A stretch of DNA of 64,000 nt from Escherichia coli (GCF_003018255.1 NZ_CP027440.1); one strand, 5' to 3'. Shown: positions 20,316-32,432, counted from the first letter of the stretch. The notes: generated by a model from the letters alone, not told the origin. Numbers and translations: made by a program.

Positions 20316-20881
20316 CGGGCAAGCTCCTCTGGCGTATTCACGTTTATAAATGCCTCTTTACGATCGCTGAAATCAACCGCATGACCGCCAGCCAGACGCA
20401 TAAATGCCATAACCCGGCGTTCTCCTGCTTGCAGATATTCCAGTAATAAAGGCTCAATTGCGCGGTTTACCAGAGCAATAGTCGGGTGATCGCGTTCACC
20501 GTCGTGGATCCACACGACAGGCGCATCTTTGCGCTGATGATTAAGCCGGGCGGCTAAATCATGGGGAATGTAAGGCGTATCGCACGGACAAAACAAAAAC
20601 CACTCACCCGCTTCCTGCTGCATTACTGAAAGCATTCCTGCCAGAGGGCCTGGGTAATCCGCCAGTGAATCTTCAATCACTTTCAGACCGCTTGCCTGAT
20701 AGATTTCCTGATGACGATTAGCATTAACCACGACGTGAGAGAGCTGCGTCATAAGCGCGTCAGCGACATGTTGCCATAATGGTTTGCCGTTTAATTCAAG
20801 CAATCCTTTATCTACGCCGCCCATTCGTCTGGCTTTACCGCCTGCCAGCACAACGCCTGTTATCGTCGTCATCAGATTCAC
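20297..20881 (-). CDS. mobA: Molybdenum cofactor guanylyltransferase MobA (194 aa)
   Basis: ORF 20297..20881 minus; [11 protein letters not shown] nucleotide-binding motif; 19-nt overlap with mobB. Confidence 0.93.
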
Positions 20882-20950
20882 CGATATCGCCTCTTTTATT
20901 GTGGGATTGACCCTGCTAACGTGTCTGTCTCAAGAGTAAGGAGCATTACT

Positions 20951-21220
20951 ATGAAATGTAAACGTCTGAATGAAGTTATTGAACTCCTCCAGCCAGCCTG
21001 GCAAAAAGAGCCAGACCTTAACCTGCTGCAATTTTTGCAGAAACTGGCGAAAGAGTCAGGTTTTGACGGCGAACTGGCGGATTTGACGGATGACATTCTG
21101 ATCTATCACCTGAAAATGCGTGATTCCGCGAAAGATGCGGTGATCCCGGGTTTGCAGAAAGATTATGAAGAAGACTTCAAAACGGCGCTGTTACGCGCTC
21201 GCGGCGTAATTAAAGAGTAA
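20951..21220 (+). CDS. yihD: Small conserved protein YihD (89 aa)
   Basis: ORF-track frame 20921..21220; start placed at internal Met [17 protein letters not shown]; conserved position between mobA and srkA. Confidence 0.8.
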
Positions 21221-21296
21221 AAGCTTGTAAGCGGTGCCACCAAAATCATCGTGAAATGATATCCTTCATCATTCGTAATGTTTTCCGGATGATGGG

Positions 21297-22283
21297 ATGA
21301 ACAACAGCGCTTTTACTTTCCAGACACTACACCCGGATACCATCATGGATGCTCTGTTTGAGCAAGGGATCCGGGTGGATTCCGGTCTTACCCCGCTTAA
21401 CAGCTATGAAAACCGTGTCTATCAATTTCAGGACGAAGATCGTCGACGTTTTGTCGTCAAATTTTATCGTCCTGAACGTTGGACACCCGATCAAATCCTC
21501 GAAGAACATCAATTTGCGTTGCAGTTGGTAAATGATGAAGTTCCGGTCGCAGCACCTGTGGCCTTTAACGGTCAGACTTTATTGAATCATCAGGGATTTT
21601 ATTTCGCTGTTTTTCCAAGCGTCGGTGGTCGCCAGTTCGAAGCTGATAATATCGATCAGATGGAAGCGGTTGGGCGTTATTTAGGGCGTATGCACCAGAC
21701 GGGGCGCAAACAGCTTTTTATCCATCGCCCGACCATCGGTCTGAATGAATATCTCATTGAGCCTCGCAAGCTGTTTGAGGACGCTACACTGATACCTTCC
21801 GGGTTGAAAGCGGCATTTCTGAAAGCGACAGATGAGCTGATCGCCGCCGTTACAGCACACTGGCGGGAAGATTTCACCGTTCTGCGGCTACATGGAGACT
21901 GCCACGCCGGGAATATTCTCTGGCGCGATGGTCCAATGTTTGTTGATCTGGATGATGCACGTAATGGTCCGGCTATTCAGGATTTGTGGATGTTGCTCAA
22001 TGGCGATAAAGCCGAGCAGCGGATGCAACTGGAAACTATTATTGAAGCTTATGAAGAATTTAGCGAGTTCGACACCGCTGAAATCGGACTGATTGAACCT
22101 TTACGCGCCATGCGTTTGGTTTATTATCTTGCCTGGCTAATGCGGCGTTGGGCTGATCCCGCGTTCCCGAAAAATTTCCCGTGGTTAACCGGGGAAGATT
22201 ACTGGCTGCGACAGACGGCGACTTTTATAGAACAGGCAAAAGTTCTACAAGAACCCCCTTTGCAATTAACACCTATGTATTAA
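21297..22283 (+). CDS. srkA: Stress response Ser/Thr kinase SrkA (YihE/RdoA, 328 aa)
   Basis: ORF 21297..22283; aminoglycoside-phosphotransferase-like kinase motifs (HGDCHAGNILW, VDLDD); upstream of dsbA. Confidence 0.9.
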   Translation: MNNSAFTFQTLHPDTIMDALFEQGIRVDSGLTPLNSYENRVYQFQDEDRRRFVVKFYRPERWTPDQILEEHQFALQLVNDEVPVAAPVAFNGQTLLNHQGFYFAVFPSVGGRQFEADNIDQMEAVGRYLGRMHQTGRKQLFIHRPTIGLNEYLIEPRKLFEDATLIPSGLKAAFLKATDELIAAVTAHWREDFTVLRLHGDCHAGNILWRDGPMFVDLDDARNGPAIQDLWMLLNGDKAEQRMQLETIIEAYEEFSEFDTAEIGLIEPLRAMRLVYYLAWLMRRWADPAFPKNFPWLTGEDYWLRQTATFIEQAKVLQEPPLQLTPMY

Positions 22284-22299
22284 TCGGAGAGAGTAGATC

Positions 22300-22926
22300 A
22301 TGAAAAAGATTTGGCTGGCGCTGGCTGGTTTAGTTTTAGCGTTTAGCGCATCGGCGGCGCAGTATGAAGATGGTAAACAGTACACTACCCTGGAAAAACC
22401 AGTTGCTGGCGCGCCGCAAGTGCTGGAGTTTTTCTCTTTCTTCTGCCCGCACTGCTATCAGTTTGAAGAAGTTCTGCATATTTCTGATAACGTGAAGAAA
22501 AAACTGCCGGAAGGCGTGAAGATGACTAAATACCACGTCAACTTCATGGGGGGTGACCTGGGCAAAGATCTGACTCAGGCATGGGCAGTGGCGATGGCAC
22601 TGGGCGTGGAAGACAAAGTCACTGTTCCGCTGTTTGAAGGCGTACAGAAAACCCAGACCATTCGTTCAGCATCTGATATCCGCGATGTATTTATCAACGC
22701 AGGTATTAAAGGTGAAGAGTACGACGCAGCGTGGAACAGCTTCGTGGTGAAATCCCTGGTCGCTCAGCAGGAAAAAGCTGCAGCTGACGTGCAATTGCGT
22801 GGCGTTCCGGCGATGTTTGTTAACGGTAAATATCAGCTGAATCCGCAGGGTATGGATACCAGCAATATGGATGTTTTTGTTCAGCAGTATGCTGATACTG
22901 TGAAATATCTGTCCGAGAAAAAATAA
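22300..22926 (+). CDS. dsbA: Periplasmic thiol:disulfide oxidoreductase DsbA (208 aa)
   Basis: ORF 22300..22926; signal peptide [19 protein letters not shown]; active site FCPHCYQF. Confidence 0.97.
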
Positions 22927-22943
22927 TTCAATGTAAATTACAT

Positions 22944-22975
22944 AAAGCCCGTGAATATTCACGGGCTTTTTTTAT
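22944..22975 (+). terminator. Rho-independent terminator after dsbA
   Basis: Hairpin aaagcccgtgaatattcacgggcttt followed by a T-run. Confidence 0.75.
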
Positions 22976-23080
22976 TATTTAATAAATATAAATACATTCT
23001 GATAATGCGTCCTGCCGCTGGACATTATTTCAGCATAAGTGGATATTCAAAGTTTTGCTGTTTTATCAGGGAATATTTAT

Positions 23081-24511
23081 ATGATACGTAAGTCAGCTAC
23101 AGGTGTTATTGTTGCGTTAGCCGTAATCTGGGGTGGTGGCACATGGTACACAGGTACGCAAATTCAGCCTGGTATCGAAAAGTTTATTAAAGATTTTAAC
23201 GATGCTAAAAAGAAAGGTGAACATGCCTACGATATGACGTTAAGTTATAAAAATTTTGACAAAGGCTTTTTTAATTCTCGTTTTCAAATGCAAATGACAT
23301 TTGATAACGGTGCACCTGATCTCAATATCAAACCTGGCCAGAAAGTTGCGTTTGATGTGGATGTTGAGCACGGTCCGTTACCCATCACAATGTTAATGCG
23401 TGGTAATGTCATCCCCGCACTGGCAGCGGCAAAAGTGAAATTAGTGGATAATGAACTGACACAACCGCTATTTATCGCCGCAAAAAATAAATCTCCTATG
23501 GAAGCGACATTGCGATTCGCGTTTGGTGGCTCATTCTCCACGACATTAGATGTTGCCCCTGCAAAATATGGAAAGTTTTCTTTTGGTGAGGGCCAGTTTA
23601 CTTTTAATGGTGATGGTAGTTCATTGTCTAATCTGGATATTGAAGGCAAAGTCGAAGATCTTGTTCTGGAATTATCGCCATTGAATAAAGTAACGGCGAA
23701 AAGTTTTACCATTGATTCTCTAACGCGATTAGAAGAAAAGAAATTTCCGGTTGGCGAAAGCGAGTCGAAATTCAATCAGATTAACATTATCAATCAGGGA
23801 GAAGACGTTGCCCAAATCGATGCTTTCGTTGCAAAAACCAGGCTGGATCGCGTTAAAGACAAAGATTATATCAATGTCAATCTGACCTACGAACTTGATA
23901 AGTTAACAAAAGGGAATCAGCAACTCGGTAGTGGTGAGTGGTCATTGATTGCTGAATCTATTGATCCCTCAGCGGTGCGCCAATTTGTCATCCAGTATAA
24001 CATTGCGATGCAGAAGCAGCTTGCTGCACACCCTGAGTTAGCAAACGATGAAGTTGCTCTGCAAGAAGTGAATGCTGCATTGTTCAAAGAGTATTTACCG
24101 TTATTACAAAAAAGTGAGCCGACCATTAAACAACCGGTAAGATGGAAGAATGCACTCGGCGAACTAAATGCCAATCTGGATATCAGTATTGCCGACCCAG
24201 CCAAATCCTCATCATCCACAAACAAAGATATTAAATCGCTCATTTTTGATGTGAAGTTACCGCTTAATGTTGTCACAGAAACCGCAAAACAGCTTAATTT
24301 ATCTGAAGGAATGGATGCTGAAAAAGCGCAAAAGCGGGCTGATAAACAAATCAGCGGGATGATGACATTAGGTCAGATGTTTCAGTTAATCACGATTGAC
24401 AACAATACCGCCTCGCTGCAACTGCGTTATACACCGGGTAAAGTTGTTTTTAACGGACAGGAGATGAGCGAAGAAGAATTTATGTCTCGTGCCGGACGTT
24501 TTGTTCATTAA
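23081..24511 (+). CDS. yihF: DUF945-family protein YihF (about 476 aa), N-terminal signal/anchor
   Basis: ORF-track frame 23039..24511; start placed at MIRKSATGVIVALAVIWGGG; conserved position between dsbA and yihG. Confidence 0.8.
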   Translation: MIRKSATGVIVALAVIWGGGTWYTGTQIQPGIEKFIKDFNDAKKKGEHAYDMTLSYKNFDKGFFNSRFQMQMTFDNGAPDLNIKPGQKVAFDVDVEHGPLPITMLMRGNVIPALAAAKVKLVDNELTQPLFIAAKNKSPMEATLRFAFGGSFSTTLDVAPAKYGKFSFGEGQFTFNGDGSSLSNLDIEGKVEDLVLELSPLNKVTAKSFTIDSLTRLEEKKFPVGESESKFNQINIINQGEDVAQIDAFVAKTRLDRVKDKDYINVNLTYELDKLTKGNQQLGSGEWSLIAESIDPSAVRQFVIQYNIAMQKQLAAHPELANDEVALQEVNAALFKEYLPLLQKSEPTIKQPVRWKNALGELNANLDISIADPAKSSSSTNKDIKSLIFDVKLPLNVVTETAKQLNLSEGMDAEKAQKRADKQISGMMTLGQMFQLITIDNNTASLQLRYTPGKVVFNGQEMSEEEFMSRAGRFVH

Positions 24512-24516
24512 AATAC

Positions 24517-24550
24517 TCACTCGCCTCTGCTCATTCAGAGGCGAGCAAAA
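24517..24550. terminator. Bidirectional terminator hairpin between convergent yihF and yihG
   Basis: tcgcctctgctcattcagaggcga stem-loop with flanking A/T runs. Confidence 0.6.
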
Positions 24551-24551
24551 T

Positions 24552-25484
24552 TTACTTGTCCTGCCGCTGTGATGACATCAACGACATCAGAAGCCGGTCT
24601 TTTTCCTGCCACAGTGAGTTCAGCCATTGCTGAAAATGGCGCTTAAAGCTTTTGTCATTGATGTAGTCGCCATGTAACTCATCGGAAATAGGCTGCAAAT
24701 CCACATGTACGACAATTCGCGTCAGTTTACCGCTTAACATATCGAAGAACGGCTGACGGTTATTGTCCGGATAACACAGCGTAACATTAAGCAGTTTATC
24801 GAATTGTTTACCCAGTACATTTAGCGCCATCGCAATGCCTGCCGCCTTTGGTGGCAACAAGTTTTGAAAAGTGGAGTGCGTTTGCTGATGTTTTTCTTGC
24901 GTGAAACGGGAGCCTTCAACGAAATTGACAATGGTGGTGGGGTGCAGGCGAAACTTTTCACAAGAACGCCGGGTGGTTTCAACATCTTTACCACGTCGTT
25001 CCGGATGACGTAATAAATAAGCGCGGGAATAACGCTTCATAAACGGCATATCCAGCGCCCAGCATGCCAGGCCAAGAAATGGCACCCAGGCAAGCTGCTG
25101 CTTGAGGAAATATTTATTCATCGGAATGTGCTTACGAAACAGCACGCACAGTACGACAATATCTGCCCAACTACGGTGGTTACAAATAAGCAGATACCAG
25201 TTCTTCTTACTTAACCCTTCCAGCCCGTGAACTTCCCATTGCAGGTGTGGGTTCAGATGCAGTAATACCGCCAGACTTTCACACCAGCAATACATCATAA
25301 AATCACAAAAACGCGAAACCTTTCGCCAAATGACTGGCACAGGTAGCAATAGTTTTACAATCCCGGCAATGATGATCGGGACGGAGCAAAAAATAGTGAC
25401 CAAAATGGTCAATACGATACTCAGCAAAAGGGTTATCGCAGCGAGTATTCTCGTCATAATGAATTTATTCAAAAGGTTAGCCAT
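24552..25484 (-). CDS. yihG: PlsC-family acyltransferase YihG (about 310 aa)
   Basis: ORF-track frame 24552..25508 minus; start placed at MANLLNKF; acyltransferase HxxxxD-like motif (NHRSWAD). Confidence 0.8.
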   Translation of the reverse strand: MANLLNKFIMTRILAAITLLLSIVLTILVTIFCSVPIIIAGIVKLLLPVPVIWRKVSRFCDFMMYCWCESLAVLLHLNPHLQWEVHGLEGLSKKNWYLLICNHRSWADIVVLCVLFRKHIPMNKYFLKQQLAWVPFLGLACWALDMPFMKRYSRAYLLRHPERRGKDVETTRRSCEKFRLHPTTIVNFVEGSRFTQEKHQQTHSTFQNLLPPKAAGIAMALNVLGKQFDKLLNVTLCYPDNNRQPFFDMLSGKLTRIVVHVDLQPISDELHGDYINDKSFKRHFQQWLNSLWQEKDRLLMSLMSSQRQDK

Positions 25485-25715
25485 AGACAGTGCGCTAAAG
25501 AAGCGCAAGGCGCCGATTTTAGCAGAAAACGCCCCAAATAACGGATGATCCTTAAGGAGAAAAATAATTCATATATATCCACATTAGAAAAAATCCCATT
25601 ATCACAATTATTAGGGATGGCTTTATATTTAACTGTATGAAAAGCAAAGACAAATATCATGCTGTAAAAAGCATGATAATAAATTAAAAGCGATGTAAAT
25701 AATTTATGCACAAAG

Positions 25716-25724
25716 TTATCCACA
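25716..25724. promoter_or_regulatory. DnaA box (ttatccaca) in the polA upstream region
   Basis: Exact 9-mer consensus about 125 bp upstream of the polA start within AT-rich promoter DNA. Confidence 0.45.
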
Positions 25725-25847
25725 TGACGATTTGCGAGCGATCCAGAAGATCTACAAAAGATTTTCACGAAAAGCGGTGAAAAACTCATGTTTTCATCCT
25801 GTCTGTGGCATCCTTTACCCATAATCTGATAAACAGGCACGGACATT

Positions 25848-28634
25848 ATGGTTCAGATCCCCCAAAATCCACTTATCCTTGTAGATGGTTCATCTTATCT
25901 TTATCGCGCATATCACGCGTTTCCCCCGCTGACTAACAGCGCAGGCGAGCCGACCGGTGCGATGTATGGTGTCCTCAACATGCTGCGCAGTCTAATCATG
26001 CAATATAAACCGACGCATGCAGCGGTGGTCTTTGACGCCAAGGGAAAAACCTTTCGTGATGAACTGTTTGAACATTACAAATCACATCGCCCGCCAATGC
26101 CGGACGATCTGCGTGCACAAATCGAACCCTTGCACGCGATGGTTAAAGCGATGGGACTGCCGCTGCTGGCGGTTTCTGGCGTAGAAGCGGACGACGTTAT
26201 CGGTACTCTGGCGCGGGAAGCCGAAAAAGCCGGGCGTCCGGTGCTGATAAGCACAGGCGATAAAGATATGGCGCAGCTGGTGACGCCAAATATTACGCTT
26301 ATCAATACCATGACGAATACCATCCTCGGCCCGGAAGAGGTGGTGAATAAGTACGGCGTGCCGCCAGAACTGATCATCGACTTCCTGGCGCTGATGGGTG
26401 ACTCCTCTGATAACATCCCTGGCGTACCGGGCGTTGGTGAAAAAACCGCGCAAGCATTGCTACAAGGTCTTGGCGGACTGGATACGCTGTATGCCGAGCC
26501 AGAAAAAATTGCTGGGTTGAGCTTCCGTGGCGCGAAAACAATGGCGGCGAAGCTCGAGCAAAACAAAGAAGTGGCTTATCTCTCTTACCAGCTGGCGACG
26601 ATTAAAACCGACGTTGAACTGGAGCTGACCTGTGAACAACTGGAAGTGCAGCCACCGGTGGCAGAAGAGTTGTTAGGGCTGTTCAAAAAGTATGAGTTCA
26701 AACGCTGGACTGCTGATGTCGAAGCGGGCAAATGGTTACAGGCCAAAGGGGCAAAACCAGCCGCGAAGCCGCAGGAAACCAGTGTTGTAGACGAAGCGCC
26801 AGAAGTGACGGCAACGGTGATTTCTTATGACAACTACGTCACCATCCTTGATGAAGAAACACTGAAAGCGTGGATTGCGAAGCTGGAAAAAGCGCCGGTA
26901 TTTGCATTTGATACCGAAACCGACAGCCTTGATAACATCTCTGCTAACCTGGTCGGGCTTTCTTTTGCTATCGAGCCAGGCGTAGCGGCATATATTCCGG
27001 TTGCTCATGATTATCTTGATGCGCCCGATCAAATCTCTCGCGAGCGTGCACTCGAGTTGCTAAAACCGCTGCTGGAAGATGAAAAGGCGCTGAAGGTTGG
27101 GCAAAACCTGAAATACGATCGCGGTATTCTGGCGAATTACGGCATTGAGCTGCGTGGGATTGCGTTTGATACCATGCTGGAGTCCTACATTCTCAATAGC
27201 GTTGCCGGGCGTCACGATATGGACAGCCTCGCGGAACGTTGGTTGAAGCACAAAACCATCACTTTTGAAGAGATTGCGGGTAAAGGCAAAAATCAACTGA
27301 CCTTTAACCAGATTGCCCTCGAAGAGGCCGGACGTTACGCCGCCGAAGATGCAGATGTCACCTTGCAGTTGCATCTGAAAATGTGGCCGGATCTGCAAAA
27401 ACACAAAGGGCCGTTGAACGTCTTCGAGAATATCGAAATGCCGCTAGTGCCGGTGCTTTCACGCATTGAACGTAACGGTGTGAAGATCGATCCGAAAGTG
27501 CTGCACAATCATTCTGAAGAGCTCACTCTTCGTCTGGCTGAGCTGGAAAAGAAAGCGCATGAAATTGCAGGTGAAGAATTTAACCTTTCCTCCACCAAGC
27601 AGTTGCAAACCATTCTGTTTGAAAAACAGGGAATTAAACCGCTGAAGAAAACGCCGGGTGGCGCGCCGTCAACGTCGGAAGAGGTACTGGAAGAACTGGC
27701 GCTGGACTATCCGTTGCCAAAAGTGATTCTGGAGTATCGTGGTCTGGCGAAGCTGAAATCGACTTACACCGACAAGCTGCCGCTGATGATCAACCCGAAA
27801 ACCGGGCGTGTGCATACCTCTTATCACCAGGCAGTAACTGCAACGGGACGTTTATCGTCAACCGATCCTAACCTGCAAAACATTCCGGTGCGTAACGAAG
27901 AAGGTCGTCGTATCCGCCAGGCGTTTATTGCGCCAGAGGATTATGTGATTGTCTCGGCGGACTACTCGCAGATTGAACTGCGCATTATGGCGCATCTCTC
28001 GCGTGACAAAGGCTTGCTGACCGCATTCGCGGAAGGAAAAGATATCCACCGGGCTACGGCGGCAGAAGTGTTTGGTTTGCCACTGGAAACCGTAACCAGC
28101 GAGCAACGCCGTAGCGCGAAAGCGATCAACTTTGGTCTGATTTATGGCATGAGTGCTTTCGGTCTGGCGCGGCAATTGAACATTCCACGTAAAGAAGCGC
28201 AGAAGTACATGGACCTTTACTTCGAACGCTACCCTGGCGTGCTGGAGTATATGGAACGCACCCGTGCTCAGGCGAAAGAGCAGGGCTACGTTGAAACGCT
28301 GGACGGACGCCGTCTGTATCTGCCGGATATCAAATCCAGCAATGGGGCTCGTCGTGCAGCGGCTGAACGTGCAGCCATTAACGCGCCAATGCAGGGAACC
28401 GCCGCCGACATTATCAAACGGGCGATGATTGCCGTTGATGCGTGGCTACAGGCTGAGCAACCGCGTGTGCGTATGATCATGCAGGTACACGATGAACTGG
28501 TATTTGAAGTTCATAAAGATGATGTCGATGCCGTCGCGAAGCAGATTCATCAACTGATGGAAAACTGTACCCGTCTGGATGTGCCGCTGCTGGTGGAAGT
28601 GGGGAGTGGCGAAAACTGGGATCAGGCGCACTAA
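25848..28634 (+). CDS. polA: DNA polymerase I (928 aa)
   Basis: ORF 25848..28634; 5' nuclease, 3'-5' exonuclease and polymerase motifs (e.g. [12 protein letters not shown]). Confidence 0.97.
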   Translation: MVQIPQNPLILVDGSSYLYRAYHAFPPLTNSAGEPTGAMYGVLNMLRSLIMQYKPTHAAVVFDAKGKTFRDELFEHYKSHRPPMPDDLRAQIEPLHAMVKAMGLPLLAVSGVEADDVIGTLAREAEKAGRPVLISTGDKDMAQLVTPNITLINTMTNTILGPEEVVNKYGVPPELIIDFLALMGDSSDNIPGVPGVGEKTAQALLQGLGGLDTLYAEPEKIAGLSFRGAKTMAAKLEQNKEVAYLSYQLATIKTDVELELTCEQLEVQPPVAEELLGLFKKYEFKRWTADVEAGKWLQAKGAKPAAKPQETSVVDEAPEVTATVISYDNYVTILDEETLKAWIAKLEKAPVFAFDTETDSLDNISANLVGLSFAIEPGVAAYIPVAHDYLDAPDQISRERALELLKPLLEDEKALKVGQNLKYDRGILANYGIELRGIAFDTMLESYILNSVAGRHDMDSLAERWLKHKTITFEEIAGKGKNQLTFNQIALEEAGRYAAEDADVTLQLHLKMWPDLQKHKGPLNVFENIEMPLVPVLSRIERNGVKIDPKVLHNHSEELTLRLAELEKKAHEIAGEEFNLSSTKQLQTILFEKQGIKPLKKTPGGAPSTSEEVLEELALDYPLPKVILEYRGLAKLKSTYTDKLPLMINPKTGRVHTSYHQAVTATGRLSSTDPNLQNIPVRNEEGRRIRQAFIAPEDYVIVSADYSQIELRIMAHLSRDKGLLTAFAEGKDIHRATAAEVFGLPLETVTSEQRRSAKAINFGLIYGMSAFGLARQLNIPRKEAQKYMDLYFERYPGVLEYMERTRAQAKEQGYVETLDGRRLYLPDIKSSNGARRAAAERAAINAPMQGTAADIIKRAMIAVDAWLQAEQPRVRMIMQVHDELVFEVHKDDVDAVAKQIHQLMENCTRLDVPLLVEVGSGENWDQAH

Positions 28635-28782
28635 GATTCGCCTGAACATGCCCTTTTTTCGTAAGTAAGCAACATAAGCTGTCACGTTTTGTGATGGCTA
28701 TTAGAAATTCCTATGCAACAACTGAAAAAAAATTACAAAAAATGCTTTCTGAACTGAACAAAAAAGAGTAAAGTTAGTCGCG

Positions 28783-28891
28783 TAGGGTACAGAGGTAAGA
28801 TGTTCTATCTTTCAGACCTTTTACTTCACGTAATCGGATTTGGCTGAATATTTTAGCCGCCCCAGTCAGTAATGACTGGGGCGTTTTTTAT
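28783..28891 (+). ncRNA. spf: Spot 42 small regulatory RNA
   Basis: gtagggtacagaggtaagatgttctatctttcagacc ... cccagtcagtaatgactggggcgtttttta; intrinsic terminator; location just 3' of polA. Confidence 0.9.
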
Positions 28892-28957
28892 TGGGCGAAA
28901 GAAAAGATCCGTAATGCCTGATACGCCACATCCGGCACAAGCATTAAGGCAAGAAAA

Positions 28958-29605
28958 TTATTCGCCGTCCTGCGTTTCTTCTACAGGCTGCATCTCGCTA
29001 AACCAGGTATCCAGTTTCTGCCGCAGCTTGTCCACGCCTTGTTTCTTCAGCGAAGAAAACGTTTCAACCTGCACATCACCGTTAAACGCCAGCACCGCTT
29101 CACGCACCATATTCAATTGCGCTTTACGTGCGCCGCTTGCCAGTTTGTCCGCTTTGGTCAGCAGTACCAGCACGGCGATATTGCTGTCTACCGCCCACTC
29201 AATCATCTGCTGATCCAAATCTTTCAGCGGATGGCGAATATCCATTAGCACCACCAGACCTTGCAGGCTCTGACGTTTTTCGAGGTACTCGCCGAGCGCG
29301 CGCTGCCATTTGCGCTTCATCTCTTCCGGGACTTCCGCATAACCGTACCCAGGCAAGTCAACCAGACGCTTGCCGTCAGCCACTTCAAACAGGTTGATAA
29401 GCTGGGTGCGCCCCGGGGTTTTTGAGGTACGAGCCAGGCTTTTCTGGTTAGTCAGCGTGTTCAGCGCGCTGGATTTACCTGCGTTGGAACGGCCTGCAAA
29501 AGCCACTTCAATTCCGGTATCGGAAGGTAGGTGGCGAATATCAGGCGCACTCATCACAAAATGCGTCTGTTGATAATTCAAATTAGTCAAAGCGGTCGTC
29601 TCCAT
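28958..29605 (-). CDS. engB: Ribosome biogenesis GTPase EngB/YihA
   Basis: ORF 28958..29605 minus; G1 motif GRSNAGKSS; exact start uncertain (possibly a non-ATG start a few codons downstream of the ORF-track Met). Confidence 0.88.
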
Positions 29606-29860
29606 CAGTCAAAGCTTTGCGGCGATTATACCTGAACCATAATAAAAGGCGGATTTTTCGGCGTGAGCGTTGTAAGTAAAAGCCATATGCTTTGTGAGAC
29701 ATTGCCGATAGTCTTTATGCGAAATAGCAGAGAAAATTCTGCGACGTATGTCAAATAAGCTATATAAATCAGTGAATTGCTTTTATATAAAACTCTGAAA
29801 ATGTGCAAATACTGATGGCGGTTGATTGTTTATTTAAAGCAAAGGCGTAAAGTAGCACCC

Positions 29861-30104
29861 ATAGAGCGAGGACGCTAACAGGAACAATGACTCAGGATGA
29901 GGGTCAGGAGCGCCAGGAGGCGAAGACAGAGGATTGTCAGGAAGATAAACGTCCGGAGACGTAATTAAACGGAAATGGAATCAACACGGATTGTTCCGGC
30001 TAATGGAAAAACAGGGTGTGTTGGCGGCCTGCAAGGATTGTAAGACCCGTTAAGGGTTATGAGTCAGGAAAAAAGGCGACAGAGTAATCTGTCGCCTTTT
30101 TTCT
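29861..30104 (+). ncRNA. csrC: CsrC small RNA (CsrA-sequestering)
   Basis: About 245 nt with many GGA motifs in predicted loops (caggaa, caggatga, caggag, caggagg, caggaag, acggattg, caaggattg, tcaggaa), ending in terminator gcgacagagtaatctgtcgccttttttc; position between engB and yihI. Confidence 0.85.
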
Positions 30105-30171
30105 TTGCTTGCTTTCTGTTAGATTCCGCCGCAAATCTATACTGAATAAAACGGCTAAAAGACGAACCATT

Positions 30172-30681
30172 ATGAAACCATCATCTTCAAACTCACGCAG
30201 CAAAGGTCATGCAAAAGCGCGTCGAAAAACACGCGAGGAGCTGGATCAGGAAGCTCGTGACCGTAAGCGTCAGAAAAAACGTCGTGGTCATGCGCCGGGC
30301 AGCCGCGCAGCGGGCGGTAACACCACGTCAGGCAGCAAAGGCCAGAACGCACCGAAAGATCCACGTATTGGCAGTAAAACCCCTATTCCATTGGGCGTGA
30401 CTGAAAAAGTCACCAAACAGCACAAACCGAAGAGTGAGAAACCTATGCTTTCACCGCAGGCGGAGTTGGAGTTACTGGAAACGGATGAGCGTCTGGATGC
30501 GCTGCTGGAACGTCTGGAAGCAGGCGAAACCCTGAGCGCCGAAGAGCAATCCTGGGTGGATGCCAAACTGGATCGTATTGATGAGTTGATGCAGAAACTC
30601 GGCCTCTCTTATGACGATGACGAAGAAGAGGAAGAAGACGAGAAGCAAGAAGACATGATGCGTCTGCTGCGGGGCAACTAA
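30172..30681 (+). CDS. yihI: Der GTPase-activating protein YihI (169 aa), basic N-terminus and acidic C-terminus
   Basis: ORF-track frame 30109..30681; start placed at [19 protein letters not shown]. Confidence 0.88.
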   Translation: MKPSSSNSRSKGHAKARRKTREELDQEARDRKRQKKRRGHAPGSRAAGGNTTSGSKGQNAPKDPRIGSKTPIPLGVTEKVTKQHKPKSEKPMLSPQAELELLETDERLDALLERLEAGETLSAEEQSWVDAKLDRIDELMQKLGLSYDDDEEEEEDEKQEDMMRLLRGN

Positions 30682-30869
30682 CGGATTGCCGCCGTGGGCC
30701 TTCCCGTTCTGCTGATAACCCTTCCGGTTATATGTTATCTGGTGTGGTTATTCGTTAAACTACAGCGGTTGTCGCGGCGACAAAAGTGGCTGCGCAACCG
30801 GCTGATGACTCGAAACGGGCATCCGCCGGTACGCCGTAGCCGCCAGAGACGCCATCGGAAGGAGTGAGC

Positions 30870-32243
30870 ATGTCTGTACAGCAAATCGACTGGGATCTGG
30901 CCCTGATCCAGAAATATAACTATTCCGGGCCACGATACACCTCGTACCCGACCGCGCTGGAGTTTTCAGAAGACTTCGGCGAACAGGCGTTTTTACAAGC
31001 CGTGGCGCGCTATCCTGAGCGTCCATTATCTCTCTACGTACATATTCCGTTCTGCCATAAGCTTTGTTACTTCTGCGGTTGCAATAAGATAGTTACTCGC
31101 CAGCAGCACAAGGCCGATCAGTATCTGGACGCGCTGGAGCAAGAAATCGTCCATCGTGCACCGCTGTTCGCCGGGCGTCACGTCAGCCAATTGCACTGGG
31201 GCGGCGGAACGCCGACGTATCTGAATAAAGCGCAAATCAGCCGTCTGATGAAGCTGCTGCGCGAAAACTTCCAGTTCAATGCCGATGCGGAGATCTCGAT
31301 CGAAGTCGATCCGCGGGAAATCGAACTGGATGTACTCGATCATTTACGCGCCGAAGGCTTTAATCGCCTGAGCATGGGCGTGCAGGACTTCAACAAAGAA
31401 GTGCAACGTCTGGTTAACCGCGAGCAGGATGAAGAGTTCATCTTTGCACTGCTTAACCATGCGCGTGAGATTGGCTTTACCTCCACCAACATCGACCTGA
31501 TTTACGGCCTGCCGAAACAGACGCCGGAGAGTTTCGCCTTTACCCTGAAACGTGTGGCGGAGCTGAACCCCGATCGTCTGAGTGTCTTTAACTACGCGCA
31601 TCTGCCGACCATTTTTGCTGCTCAGCGCAAAATCAAAGATGCTGACCTGCCGAGTCCGCAGCAAAAACTCGATATCCTGCAGGAAACCATCGCCTTCCTG
31701 ACACAATCGGGCTATCAGTTTATCGGTATGGATCACTTTGCCCGTCCGGATGACGAGCTGGCGGTGGCCCAGCGTGAAGGCGTGCTGCATCGTAACTTCC
31801 AGGGCTACACCACTCAGGGCGATACCGATCTGCTGGGGATGGGCGTTTCCGCCATCAGCATGATTGGCGACTGCTACGCGCAGAACCAGAAAGAGTTGAA
31901 GCAGTACTATCAGCAAGTGGATGAACAAGGCAATGCGCTGTGGCGTGGTATTGCGCTAACGCGTGATGACTGTATTCGCCGCGATGTGATTAAGTCGCTC
32001 ATCTGCAACTTCCGTCTGGATTACGCTCCCATTGAGCAACAGTGGGATTTGCTCTTCGCTGATTACTTTGCCGAAGATCTCAAGCTGCTCGCCCCGTTAG
32101 CAAAAGATGGGCTGGTGGATGTGGATGAGAAGGGAATACAGGTGACGGCGAAAGGTCGCTTGCTGATCCGCAACATTTGCATGTGCTTTGATACCTATCT
32201 GCGCCAGAAAGCGCGGATGCAGCAGTTCTCTCGGGTGATTTAA
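30870..32243 (+). CDS. hemN: Oxygen-independent coproporphyrinogen III oxidase HemN (radical SAM, 457 aa)
   Basis: ORF-track frame 30864..32243; radical-SAM cysteine cluster CHKLCYFCGC. Confidence 0.93.
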   Translation: MSVQQIDWDLALIQKYNYSGPRYTSYPTALEFSEDFGEQAFLQAVARYPERPLSLYVHIPFCHKLCYFCGCNKIVTRQQHKADQYLDALEQEIVHRAPLFAGRHVSQLHWGGGTPTYLNKAQISRLMKLLRENFQFNADAEISIEVDPREIELDVLDHLRAEGFNRLSMGVQDFNKEVQRLVNREQDEEFIFALLNHAREIGFTSTNIDLIYGLPKQTPESFAFTLKRVAELNPDRLSVFNYAHLPTIFAAQRKIKDADLPSPQQKLDILQETIAFLTQSGYQFIGMDHFARPDDELAVAQREGVLHRNFQGYTTQGDTDLLGMGVSAISMIGDCYAQNQKELKQYYQQVDEQGNALWRGIALTRDDCIRRDVIKSLICNFRLDYAPIEQQWDLLFADYFAEDLKLLAPLAKDGLVDVDEKGIQVTAKGRLLIRNICMCFDTYLRQKARMQQFSRVI

Positions 32244-32289
32244 ATTGTGAATGGCGCTTCGTTTACAAAGTAGAAAACGAAAGCGCCAT

Positions 32290-32400
32290 CAATGTGCTGA
32301 GAACAAGATTGCCTGATGCGCTACGCTTATCAGGCCTGCAAAATCTGTTGAAAATATTGCTTTTGTAGGCCGGATAAGGCGTTCACGCCGCATCCGGCAT
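32290..32400. repeat. REP/BIME palindromic elements
   Basis: gcctgatgcgctacgcttatcaggcctgc ... gtaggccggataaggcgttcacgccgcatccggca. Confidence 0.6.
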
Positions 32401-32432
32401 GAACAAAGAGCACTTCATCAGCAATCTGAAAC

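Noticed and set aside
30682-30869. Possible small gene or sRNA between yihI and hemN
   Set aside because: Only very short ORFs and no convincing promoter-terminator pair; most simply the hemN promoter/leader region
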